From the human T2T-CHM13v2.0 reference genome, Homo sapiens, in NCBI RefSeq assembly GCF_009914755.1, contig NC_060945.1: DNA of 64,000 bases. The stretch is one strand, 5' to 3'. Every line of letters starts with the position of its first letter. The first letter of the stretch is position 1. The position numbers were made by a program, and so were the translations under genes. The notes beneath the pieces are model-generated. The model searched no databases and was not told the origin of the DNA. It saw only the letters and a program-made list of their open reading frames with translations. Positions 45,692 to 58,818 of this stretch are shown one piece after another.

Positions 45692-45998
45692 TTGTTTGTT
45701 TGTTTGTTTGTTTTTTGAGATGGAGTCTCGCTCTGTTGCCCAGGCTGGAGTGCAGTGGTGCAATCTCGGCTTACTGCAACCTCCAACCTCCCGGGTTCAC
45801 ACCATTCTCCTGCCTCAGCCTCCTGAGTAGCTGGGACTACAGGCACCCGCCACCATGCCTGCCTAATTTTTTGTATTTTTAGTAGAGTTGGGGTTTCACC
45901 ATGTTAGCCAGGATGGTCTCCATCTCCTGACCTCGTGATCCGCCCGCCTTGGCCTCCCAAAGTGCTGGGATTACACGTGTGAGCCACCGCGCCCGGCC
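45692..45998 (-). mobile_element. AluY
   Basis: Y diagnostics; perfect 15-bp TSD TGAGAACCCATGTTT (45677-45691 and 45999-46013); (TTTG)n tail. Confidence 0.96.
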
Positions 45999-46613
45999 TG
46001 AGAACCCATGTTTGAACCCAAAATAGAGAGCTACTGGCCTGGAAACCCAAAGGAACAGATGATATTTGTACATCCCACAATACAACTCACATACAGAAAA
46101 TGCCTGGGGAAGCTAATTCCTGCTGTCCGAGAGGGGCAAAGAGCTACCACATCGATTGCTGGCCACCTGCCCTTTTCCCCAGATGTGTTGCTTATCTTTT
46201 CCTTAACAAGCCTGCTACTTTGAGAAAGAAATATTACTGTAAACCATATCACACACAGCTGCATCCTGCATGGCACAGAGAAAAGTCTGCATTTTGGATT
46301 TTTGAAACGGTATCACAGAGCAAACAGTCATTGACGTCACTGGTCTACAGTGTAAATGAACTTCTTGTATTATCTAATTTGGCACAGTGGGCCTTAGGCA
46401 ATTATTGCATCTTACAGCGCTTTAGTAATTGCCAGCTAGGCCCATGGGCTGGGGGGACCTGCATTCTCTATTGATTTGCAAATAACACCCTTGATGTGAT
46501 GACATCCATACATTTCAACTATTTCTTAATAATAAAAAAACACTAGATACAAAACCCACAAATAATCTGGCAATAGCGAGAACTTGAAACATCCCATCTT
46601 CACTTTGCTTGAC

Positions 46614-46643
46614 GTGTGTGTGTGTGTGTGTCTGCGTGTGTGT
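46614..46643. repeat. (GT)n microsatellite
   Basis: Interrupted GT run. Confidence 0.85.
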
Positions 46644-46717
46644 CTTCAAGCCTAATGGGTAGGTAAAAAAATAGCATAGCCAAAGCTAACTCTTAAAAAA
46701 TTCAAGAGAGCTATCTA

Positions 46718-47254
<537 letters not shown>

Positions 47255-47986
47255 TCAGAAAAAGTATTGTGGATTTCCTAAAACTGGGGCTTTTCTTGTC
47301 TTTCCCCTCTCTCTCCCCTCACCCCAACATAGACTCGCTAGAGATATGCCAGCTGAATTTGGGGCCACTGTCCTCTCAGCAGAATGGGCCCCCTTTCACC
47401 GCCTCGGCCACAGAGTGCTCCCCCAGTCTGGGCCTTGGCACCCTCCCCAACCCTCTACACCCACTTCCAATGGGCACAACTCACTGAGATACAGAACTTG
47501 GCGGTGGTGGTGATGCCGGGAGGGAAAGAGGCGCATTAATTGTTGGCACATGGCCACATGCCAGGGGCTATGCTGTGGCAGCCAGGAAAGGTGGCCTCCC
47601 AGGGGCATCAGAACGGCTGTTCCTTACTGCAAACCCAGCCACTGGCACGTTTTAGAGGCGGCAAAGTGGGCCCCGCAGCTTAGTGGTAGGGCCCCTTCCA
47701 AGAGGAAATGAGGCGTGGCTGCAAACCCACAGCCTCTGGGGAGGTCCCATTTCCAGGTACACGCAGGGCATCCTCAGCCCCTCAGCCCCTCTCCCTCTCC
47801 CTCTCCTCACAGGCTTTTCACAAGCATTCCTTCTTCCCTGAAGCCGACTCCCCCATGTACCCCTAAGGAGGAGTTGACAGGAAGGCCTCGCCTGTGTCTT
47901 GTCCAATATTCCCAGCAGAATAGGCCCACTGGAGCCCAGAGGTAGCTACAGCCTATCTGGTGAGCTTCCCCAGGGGGCTCAGGACT

Positions 47987-48057
47987 GGTGGGATGGGATG
48001 ATGGGCCCCTCAGTGTCTATATAGGGTGGGATGGTGGGCCCCTCAGTGTCTATATAG
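47987..48057. repeat. ~33-bp direct duplication
   Basis: TGGGATG(A/G)TGGGCCCCTCAGTGTCTATATAG twice. Confidence 0.85.
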
Positions 48058-51000
48058 ATAGCAAGTGTCCTCATCATGCTCTTCACCAAAACAACCGTCA
48101 CCAGGAAGCAGCAAGCAGAGGCCACTCATGGGGGACTGGGGCCTACGGTTTTCTCAAAATGTCCTTAAACCAGAGCCAGTCCTGTCGTGCAAAGCTGAGG
48201 CTCCAAGGTAGGGAGGTAGCCACAGGAGGCCTGGGCCATTCATTTCTCTTTTAAAGACAATGGCCTCCTGCTGCTTCCTCAGCCTTATGGTTCCAATAAA
48301 GAGTCCTTGATCGATTGCACAACCTCTGTTCCCTATTGCCAAATGTCCCCAAAGCCAGATTGAGAAACAGCCTGCCCGCTGCCCCCATAAAGTGCTATTT
48401 CACATGCCCTGACCCAATCCTAGACTAGAAAGAGGCCCCCTTGATTCCACTCCCGCAGCCTGGGGTAAGAGCAGACCACGAGAAGTGCACTGTAGTCCAG
48501 CTCCCAATGGCTACAATTATAAAATTAAATGGTATAACTTGCATGATGGCTGCAAATCTCCATGGCTGGCCATTTCTTCCTGCTGCCAGGCCCCTTGGCA
48601 CAGTTGACATTGTCTCAAATTCCAGACCAGAAAAAAAGGGCCCACTATATTGCAGTGATTTTATCATTAACGAGACCTGTTTGGCTCCAAAATGAGGAAA
48701 AACACTTAAGCATAATATTTATGTAGTTCAAATGCAATGGCCCCTCTTGTCATGTGTCACCAAGGCAAATCTGGACTCTGATTCAGCGCTCCAGCCCACA
48801 ACAGGAGACTTGAACGCAAACAGCCTGAGTCACGCAGGCTCAGCATGCATGTGGGAGGCCTGTTCTTGGCTGCGTATTTTAAGCACCGGCTTTGTGGATG
48901 AAAGGCCATGGGGCCAGGTCTTGCAGCAACCCCCATCATCCCTTTCCCTCAGAAGTATGAAAATGTCTTTTTTCTAGAGCGCTCTGTGTTGGTCAGCCAT
49001 GGTGTGACTCAGTGCCTCTGGATGAAGCCTTCCTTAGCTCCTCCCTCCTCTTATCTCTGCCATAGATCCTTGGCTTCCTGATGATCAAACTGAAAAATCT
49101 GCAGTTTTCTTGCAGAAAAACAAACAATTCCAATGGAACAACCATTCAAAACATAATAACTCAGCCCTTTAACCTCCTACCACAGTCTAATGCCTGGCAT
49201 TACGAGTTGGGGTAAAGAAGAAGGCAGGAACAATGATTGTGGAGAGCTCTATCTGCCTCAGAAATAATGCCAGTCGGCAAAGGCTGCCGGCAGGTTTTGT
49301 GCTCATTTCAAAACTTCACATTCCTCAGGCACTTAGTGGCATTTTTGAAGAACACTGTGTCAAGGACAGTGGGTGACCCAGGAGAGTGATGTGAGCGAGG
49401 TCATTCTGAATACACAGCACTTGACGTGGTAGAGTCTACAGCCACAGCTTGGAAAAACAGCTCTTGGCAGTTGTGTCTCTCTTAGCCAGCAAGCGTGGGG
49501 ACCTGTGCCACGGAGACACCCAACAGGAATCATCATTCCAGGTAAGCCAGTCCTGTGGTCAGGCACAACGTGAGGTATTTTTTGTTTGTTTGTTTCTTTG
49601 TTTTTTATTTTAATTAGTCCCCCTCATTACTATATACTTAGAAATGAGAGCTTTAACTTGTGAGCAATTTCTATACCAGCTGATACCTGCCAAAATTGTA
49701 GTCATTTATAGAGATTAACTGATGACTGTCTGCTTTAGCAGAAGTGTTCAGGCATAACTCTCAGAGAAAACAATTCTTCACTCTAAGCTGTTTTCTAAGC
49801 CCTGGGAGTCTCAGGGCTGAGTTTAATGCTGGAGGATTGGGGAAGAGCCCATTCCACTCTCCCCACGTGTGTTCCTGGGAGTCAGTAGGAACGTTATTGC
49901 CTTGGTAGGGGTCTTGACCCTCAGGCTCACAATGGTGCTGGAGAGCTGTGACACCAAGGCACAGGGGAAATGAGAAGCATTATCATATTCAGGGTGTGGT
50001 TTGGATGCACTTACAAGCTAGATCGAAGGAACATCTAATTCTTACTTTCTGAAACCATCAGACCTCATGTGCCAAATAGCAATATTTTGCATGAAATATA
50101 GGAACTTCCGATATAAACTTTCAAGCTGGGGAAAATGAATACTTTATGTCTTCAGTTTCCTGTATCTGTGTTCAGTTAAAAGGCTCATTTGCCCCCCGAA
50201 TGTTAAATAGAGGAGTATGGAAAATGTCTACTATCCAATTCACTTTTCTTCTTTCTCACTGAGTACCGGGCTTTAGAGGGCAACAGGGAATTCGACCCTG
50301 GGTCAAGCCCTTGGGTAGAACCAGGATGCAGCTCTGAACACCTGCATGCTGGCAGCTTGGCTTCTTCAGCATGTTTGGAATCAACTGTGAATGTTTACAG
50401 GGCGGTGCTTTAAAGTAGTGGGCACATCAAGATTTCACCCTGGGACATCTTAATCTTAAGCAGAGTTGAAAAAGGTCCTAAATTCTTCTAGTACCATTTT
50501 CTCATTTTTGAAAAAAATGAAAGTACTTGCTTGGAATTTTATTATGTATGCAGAGTCATAAAAATCCAAAAAAGGGGAAAAAATTGTATATAATAAAAAT
50601 AAGTCAATGCCGTTTGCAAAATTTTACTTCATTCCAAAGGCATTCCTATTGTTTTCGGGGTTGGCTGCTCATTAGGCCATCCTTAAATGTTATGATATTT
50701 TGTGACGGATAGTGAGACCAGCTTTCACTTTTCTGCCATACAAAATAAACTGAGCAGGTATGCATATCTCGTTGATAACCGAGCTGCCTTTTTCAAGACA
50801 CCATTGTGATCTGTGGCTGTAAGTAACATAAATGTAATATATGATCTTCCATTAAAGAAACCAGATAAGGTTAAATTGCCACCGTTTCTTGGAAAATTTT
50901 GGTTAGATAGAATAAAGAATTTTCTGGCAGTCAACAACATATTAGTCTATGTTTCCGATATGGGTTTACTAGTTTTCTTGATAGATTCTTAGCAGAAAAA

Positions 51001-51814
51001 TGAGGAAGGTATATACTCAGAAGACTGTCATGATGAGCCGTTGAGCCAAATCTATGCAAAAGCATAATACCAAAAAGATATATTTCTCTCTGTATATACA
51101 TGTATAAAATTGTGGTTCTTCTAAAAGCATATAAGAATTTTATATAGTCAATTTTAAAAGGATATCTGTATTTCAGAAGATGTTGGCCAGTCAATTGGAT
51201 ACTCACTACATGAATCTGGATATAAAAATATGGGGTTTTCTTCCTTTGATTTGCTACTGTTTTATGACAATGGAAAAGAAATCAATGTGTGTAGAGAACA
51301 GCTTACTTTTCCTGGTATCACAGTCTAACCTTTAGGTTGCAGGGTCATTAGGATTTCAAAGTGACAGTACTGAATGTGACTCTTCCTGAAGCCCCTTGCA
51401 GATGGTAAAATAAATCTCCCTAATTGCAAACCTAACCATATGCTGGCTAATTTAATGTTGGGAAATATTCTTCAATATTATTTACCATACCACATGTATA
51501 TTATATATACTATATAATATAAACTATATAATGGTATATAGTATGTCAGTATACATTCTAATTCATATTATATATGCATGCTTATATATTGTCCAGTGCT
51601 ACGTAACTATGGGTAGCCTCACTTTCCCCCACCCCAATTTCTTCTCATATCGTTAAGCTAAGACAACACCACAAGGTTGGAGTACTTCAGAACTGGAGAA
51701 TGGCCACAGAAATCAGCCTTGGTTTTTAACTAATGTGTGGGAAGTGAGGTTCAGAGAGGTTATGTCATTTGCCCAATCTCACACGGCCAGTTACAGGAAG
51801 AGGGCAGGTCTGAA

Positions 51815-52041
51815 AACACACACACTCTCAACACCCACCGACACACACACTCGGAATGTACACTCAGTGCACCTAGAAATTCAACACCCACGGACACACA
51901 CACTCAGATATGTACACTCAGTGCACCTAGAAATTCAACACTCACCGACACACACACTCGGGATGTACACTCAGTGTGCCTAGAAATTCAACACCCACCG
52001 ACACACACACTCGGGATGTACACTCAGTGCACCTAGAAATA
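51815..52041. repeat. 53-54 bp minisatellite, ~4 copies
   Basis: GTACACTCAG recurs at 51858, 51912, 51965 and 52018; unit AATTCAACACCCACCGACACACACACTCGGGATGTACACTCAGTGCACCTAGA. Confidence 0.93.
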
Positions 52042-52249
52042 CACATTTCTGTGAACTCAAAGCGAACAGGGTGGAGAAGTGCACAATGCTTCATAGTTTT
52101 AGATCTCAGAGACACGAAAGCACTTGAACTTTTGCATTCTGCCTCAACCATCTCACTTCTGCTCCCAGTGTGTGTGTAGAATCAGAAGACAGCCCCAGCC
52201 ACACTGTGACCTGCAGGCTGTGAGGCTGTGTTTCACCTGCTTGAGTGGG

Positions 52250-52375
52250 CAATGGAATTACCTGGGCATTCTAGTTTGGTAGGTTGGTCTAGGGTGAAGG
52301 GCCTGAGAATTTGGAGTTCTAATAAGGTCCCAGGCGATGCTGAGGCTGCCGATACAGGGAGCACGCTGGGAATAT
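52250..52375. mobile_element. MER5A-like fragment
   Basis: GGGCCTGAGAATTTGGAGTTCTAATAAGGTCCCAGGCGATGCTGAGGCTGC. Confidence 0.65.
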
Positions 52376-54229
52376 CTGCATGAGAGGGAGAGCTCCTCCT
52401 GATACTCAAGCTTCCAATGTGCATTACTACTTCCCTTCTCCTGCCTGCTTCTGATTTGCTGTGTGCTGGGGAGAAACACGCGAACTAAATATGCCTGAAC
52501 TGTGTTTAGACTGTGTTCATGAGCAATGACTGACGGCCTCCTTTTGGTGATAACTATTTGGCCGTCTTTTCATTTTTTTAACTCTTCAATACACACAGAG
52601 CAGCTGAAAATGCCCAAACTCTGCCCTGCAGATAGGCCGGTGTGTGACCGTCTCTGTCTCCTACAATAACTGGGCACATTCTGTCAGAGTCACTGTCATG
52701 ATAATCAGTCTGATTGCTAAGGTGAACCCCAGATTCTCAAGTAGGAAGTAATTTCTGCTGTGCCATCTATAGAAAGACTTTGGGGAATGGCAGGGAAGGG
52801 TTACATGGAACCTTTATTCCGTTCCACAAATGCAGCAGTTAAGTTCTCTGAGTGCCCACAGGACCGGGTGTTAATGCAGATGCCACAATCCTCCTCCCCT
52901 CTAGAGAAACAACATGGTCCCAGGGAAACGTGAATGCTAGAGTAGGCGTTAAGAATTCTCCATTCTAAATCTGCTTTTCTACCAACCTTTGCTGTGGACA
53001 AGAACAAGTCTCTTCATCACTGAGGCTCCGTATCTGGAAGCCTGGAATTAAGAGACTAAGAAGGATTACTCCAAGGGACTCTAAAAGCATCCACAACAAT
53101 TACATCTGCTGCCATTATCTACTCAACTGGTTCTAAGCACGGTCTTTCTTGAACAACTTCTAATGAGGTTACGACTTTCAAAGTTTTCCCTTTTGTCTTT
53201 TTTCAGGCAGACACCTGGCCTGCGGGAGCCACTGCCAAGTCTAGCTGTCAGGTTGGTCTCAGAGCTCTGTCTTGATCCCCACCAGGTCGCCCAGCCTGCG
53301 ATCCCACCTGGCCTGCTCTATCTTTCTGTGTGCTGGGGGTCAGCAGCTTTGCACGAGGTGTCCTAAGAATTCACTCTCCCTCTGCCTCCAGCTGTTTCAT
53401 CAGTGACCCTTTGGACAGTTAGTTATGAGTGACCTTGGACTTCAGTATTCAAAGGTGCCCTCCTCTCTCCCTTAAGCCTTCACAGAGCCTTTCGTGCTAC
53501 CCTACTGACTGGGACATTCCATTCTGCTTTCACCCCTCCCCCTCTACCATCCCAAGGCTGAGTCCAGAGGGAGTGGGACATTAAACACACCTTAAAATTT
53601 GCTAGGAAGTTGTCAGAGGCTGCACCTGGGAAGAAAGCCACTCTGCGGAACACTCATCCAGGCTCTCATTTCCCAGCTTCTTGTCTGGGTTGGAAAACAA
53701 TGAGACATCTGCCCTGAATGCCCACCTTTTCCATCAGTGGCAGTAGGCACATAAGTCTTAGGTGAGTACCTGTCACCCACCCCGCCCACACTCCCTGTGC
53801 AGGCCCCTGTTCCTCTAGCTCATGCCCCTAAGCCTCTTAGAGGTGGATGAATCCTGGCAAGTCCCCTAGGATACCTCCACTTCCTAGGAATCCCTTTTAC
53901 CCACTCAGCGATTTCTAGAGGGGTGATGCTTTAGCCCCAGAGAATCACCAGCAGGAATAGCAGAGCCTTTGGTCGGAAAGAGCTTTTGTACTCTTGTGGG
54001 TGGTAACAGGAAAGCAAGCACTCACTGGGTCCACCTGTGTATGGGGCTTTCCTACTCTGGGCCTTCCCGAACCATGGTCCTACAGTGGCCTCTCAGGTGA
54101 CATGAAGTACAGGTCATGTCACCTGAGGTCAGGTGGCATTTTCTTAAGCCTGTTTTCTAAGGCAAATGCCTCCTACTTGAAACTAGAAGGCAGATGGGTT
54201 GAGCTCCCCTCTTTGCTCCGGCAGCAGTG

Positions 54230-54618
54230 GCCACCTTGCTCTTGCCCCTGTGTCACTGCCCTGGGGCCTTTGCACTTACTGTTTCCTCTGCTCAGGAAGC
54301 TCTTCCCTGAGATCCCTGTGGACCTGATCCCTCCCACCCTTCAAGTATTTGCTGAAATGTCATCTTCTCCCTGAGGAGTTCCTGGAGATCCCCTTTTAAG
54401 TTGCAGACTATCCCACATCCAGCCAGTCCCTAGCCCTTTGGCTTAGGTTTTCTCCATAGCACATGTTAATGTTATCCAGGGTCTGTCTGCACCCATGGGA
54501 CTGTAAAGTCTACAAAGACAGGGATTTTGTATTTTTTCTGCACAGCCATGTCTCCAGCACCTATAAAACCAACTGGAGCCTAGGAGGCTCACTAATGTTG
54601 GCTGAATGAATGAATGAG
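54230..54618. mobile_element. L2 3' fragment
   Basis: GGGCCTTTGCACTTACTGTTTCCTCTGC...ending TGAATGAATGAATGA. Confidence 0.7.
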
Positions 54619-54685
54619 TACTCAGGTCCTTCATGATTGGTGCTGTCCAATCACCCTCCACTAGGTTGTGGGAAAGCAGAAATCA

Positions 54686-55131
<446 letters not shown>

Positions 55132-55254
55132 TCATTTATTTTCATAGTGAAAAATCAAAAAGAATAGGTCAAAGGCTCTTTTGCTGAGTTGAGAGTGGCA
55201 CTCTGACATAAGCAAAGTCCACCAGCTTCTCCTGTTTCTTTGTAGTGAGTACCC

Positions 55255-56125
55255 TCTCACACGCACACACAGAGAGACATACAAAAACACAGATGGCACA
55301 CATGCACACACATACACACATACAGACATGCATGGACAAACATACACACGGACACAGCCATACACATAAAAACATACAGATGCAGCTGGGCGCGGTGGCT
55401 CATGCCTGTAATCCCAGCACTTTGGGAGGCTGAGGCGGACAGATCATGAGGTCAGGAGTTCGAGAGCAGCCTAGCCAGTATGGTGAAACCCCATCTCTAC
55501 TAAAAAATGCAAAAAGTAGCCGGGCATGGTGGCACGTGCCTGTAGTCCCAGTTACAAGTAAGTGGCTGAGGCAGAAGAATTGCTAGAACCCAGGAGGCAG
55601 AAGTTGCAATGAGCCAAGATCATGCCAGTGCACTCCAGCCTGAGCGACAGAGCGAGACTCTGTCTCAAAAAACAAAACAAAACAAAATATAGATACACAT
55701 GGACACACATGTATAAACACACATACAGACACACATGGACATATACACACAAACACAGGCATGCATGTAAACACATACAGACACACACATACACAGACAC
55801 CTGGACACACACACAGATATAAAACACACATGGGGATACACACATATAAATACACACAGACACATGTACATACGTCACACAGACACATATATTAAGACAT
55901 GCACAGACACACATACACATACAGACACAAACCAGGACAGACACATATATACAGACGCACACACACATATACATATATCACACAGGGACACACATGCATA
56001 TACACACAGGCAGATATACAGACATGGGGACACATATATACAAACATACATACTGACATACACACATATACACATACATACATATACATCCATCACACAT
56101 CCATACATCCACTCACACACACACA
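55255..56125. repeat. Long degenerate (CA/TA)n tract interrupted by an Alu
   Basis: ACAC/ATAC/AGAC low complexity on both sides of the Alu. Confidence 0.9.
55384..55687 (+). mobile_element. Alu (AluS-like) nested in the CA-rich tract
   Basis: Full dimer with an (AAAAC)n tail. Confidence 0.94.
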
Positions 56126-58785
56126 CCGTTCTGTGATCGCCCTCAGGACATGGGCCAAGACAAGTGTAGCAAGCAACAGTCAATGGACAGGAAAGGCTGG
56201 CCAACGCCAAGGCAAGATCAACAACCAATACAACTTCAAGCCAGAGACGCACACAGGCCTGCCCCTCCCCAGCCCCCCTGCACCATGCGCCCAAGACTCA
56301 CGGGACAAAAACCCAAACAAAACTCTGCTCCCTGAGTCCAGGGCTCATTGCCACGAGCAGTGGAGTTTTTCGCCCACTCACATGAGACTCGGGCCTCTCC
56401 TAAAAGCAGAGCACTCAAAATCTAAATCTGCCATCCCCGGTCGCCAGGGCTCACTGTCCATTTCTGTCTGGTGACTAAGGAGGTAACTTGAGCTCAGGGC
56501 AGAGAAGCCACCTGCTGGCTTTTGCTCTTGACCAGAGGTAGCCCTCTGTGGGGGAAGTGGAGGCAGTTTCTTAAGAAGGGTGCAGACAGCTCCCAAATTC
56601 AAGGTTTTTCTTCTTCTACCAGCCTATAATCCCAAATATTAGCAACCCTCCCTAGGTTAAGGTCTTATCTCAAGGAAACCCCCAGTTACAGCGTAACTGA
56701 AAAGTAACCAGAGAGTGGTAACCACCAGTGACATGGATTTGTTGATCAGAGTAGCTCCTGCCCAGGGACAGACTCTAAAGAGAAGGCGACTTGCAGAAGA
56801 GAAAGAAAGTATTGGTGGCGGGTGGCGCACTATGGAGATATGAGCACTGACTCACAGAACGCTGCCTGGAGCTTCTGACATGGCTTTGGAGTTCAGGCAT
56901 CAGCAGGGCTAGTCCTGGGGTAGACAGGCAAGACCTGGGGGCCAGGAGAAGAAGATCCAGGAGGCGCACACACACTGCTTGCGTGAGCATGTTACCAGCA
57001 CTGAGGCTCTCCACACTGGCCTCCTAACCTCCCTGCAGGAATCTCAGTTCCCCTCCCGCAGCAGCAGATCTCATACATAATGGGCAGAGACACTGAGCAT
57101 GTTTGGACAGGACCGAGGTAAAGGCAGGGCCCTTCCAAGGTTGGGTGATGCCTCCATAAATGCTGGACAAATAAATGAATGAGTGAGTGAGTGAATGAAT
57201 GAATGAGTGAGCCCCTTTCCTGGACTAGATTTATTCTGGAATGCTCATCCAGCAGTGTGGAGGATGATCTCTCCTCCTCTGTACTTCTAAAAAGAGGGAA
57301 GGAAATTCCCTCCTATTTCTAAAAGCCCTGCCCCCTGGGCCTCGGGGACTTTCCCAACAGCAGGGGAACAGCATCTGACTCTGACGCTCTCTCCTGTCAC
57401 AGACGCCAACTGAGGTTCTAGGCTGGCCTTGCAAAGCCCTTGGACAGATGGCTGAGCAGGTCCTGGCTGGTACAGAAGGACAGGGTACCCTGGCCACTCA
57501 CAGCTCCTGAGTACTCACTAGTACAAAAGCCAACCGCAGCAAGTTGTTTTGAACAGAACGTTGACCCTCCCTCACAAATAAGGCTTCCGGTTGTTTGTGT
57601 CATGACAGCCTCATTCAGGCATCAGGCTCACTTCTATGCACTGTTGTCCACGTGCCAGAAGCAGCCACCTGCTGAGAAGGGCATCTGTGAGGAGGGAGAC
57701 CTCTTCTAAAGTTACCTGAATGGGCAAGTGGCTGTTTGCCTAGACTCCCACAGAGCACAGCATGGTGATGAAGATGCTGGTCCCACTGTCTGCCAGGTAA
57801 CATTGGGAGGGAAAGTTCTGTTTATTCCAAGACACTAGTGCCTCCTATTCACCTTGGTGACCACATTTGAGCCAGTTAGGAAATGAAGGAAGGGAAGGTT
57901 CCATCCTTGCCAGGGATGGAGACAGGGATGGAGGGCAAGGATGGACGCCCAGGACAGCCTTCTGTCCGGCAACATTCCCCCTCCTCAATCCTTTCCCGAT
58001 TCGAAAGGTACACAACTTCCCCCTGGCCTGTCTACCTTGAGTCTCTGCCTATGGCTGCCTGGCCTGGTGAGACCAGCCTCCCAGCTCCTCTGTGTTACGC
58101 AGGCAATAGGAGAGCTGCCTTTTCAACAACTGTTTTGAACTTTCCTCTCCTTTTAACTCCTTCAACAGTCCCTCTTCTGTGTGAACACTCTGGTGTGTGA
58201 AAGCAAGACCTCAGCTCAGGGAGACAGCCCTCATAAACTGCCGCAGATTACCCTGTCTTTTCCCAGCCGGAGGGGGACCCCGCCCCACTCCCTTCCCAGT
58301 CTCTTCCCCACCCCCAACTTTTTTTTTTAACCACTTCTGCTTCCTTCATTTTCTCAGCAGCTGCAGCGGAGAGATATAGTAAAGCTACTGTATAGGATTT
58401 TGAAAGCAGGGCCTCCAAGAGCTTTCCAAACTCCACACAAGCCAGTTATTCTCTGCCTTGTTTTCTTTGGCTTCAGGTTAGTAACACAGAATGAGTCAAA
58501 CAGTATTAACTTTCAATAGGGAAGTGGTGTGGTCAACCAAAGCTGTTTGCGGCTAGATTGTGAAGATAGGTAGGGCAGGTAATGCAGAATAGCCCATAAT
58601 ACTGTGAGGAGGCAGAGGAGGGAGGCGGCCCCACTCAGAAACACTCCAACAATTAAGTCAACAGAACTCACACCATCTTTTTTTAGTTGGCTGAGGAATT
58701 AACACCAAGGTCTCTGACCAGCCAGCTTTGGGAAGTTGGCCATACTGGGGCTTGGACAATTGAGTACTTTGTGGGTTTAAGGATG

Positions 58786-58787
<2 letters not shown>

Positions 58788-58818
<31 letters not shown>
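58788..58818. repeat. T31 homopolymer
   Basis: Uninterrupted T run. Confidence 0.95.

Noticed and set aside
55552-56474. Cys/Val- and His/Thr-rich ORFs up to 191 aa
   Set aside because: Translations of the (CA)n tract and Alu.
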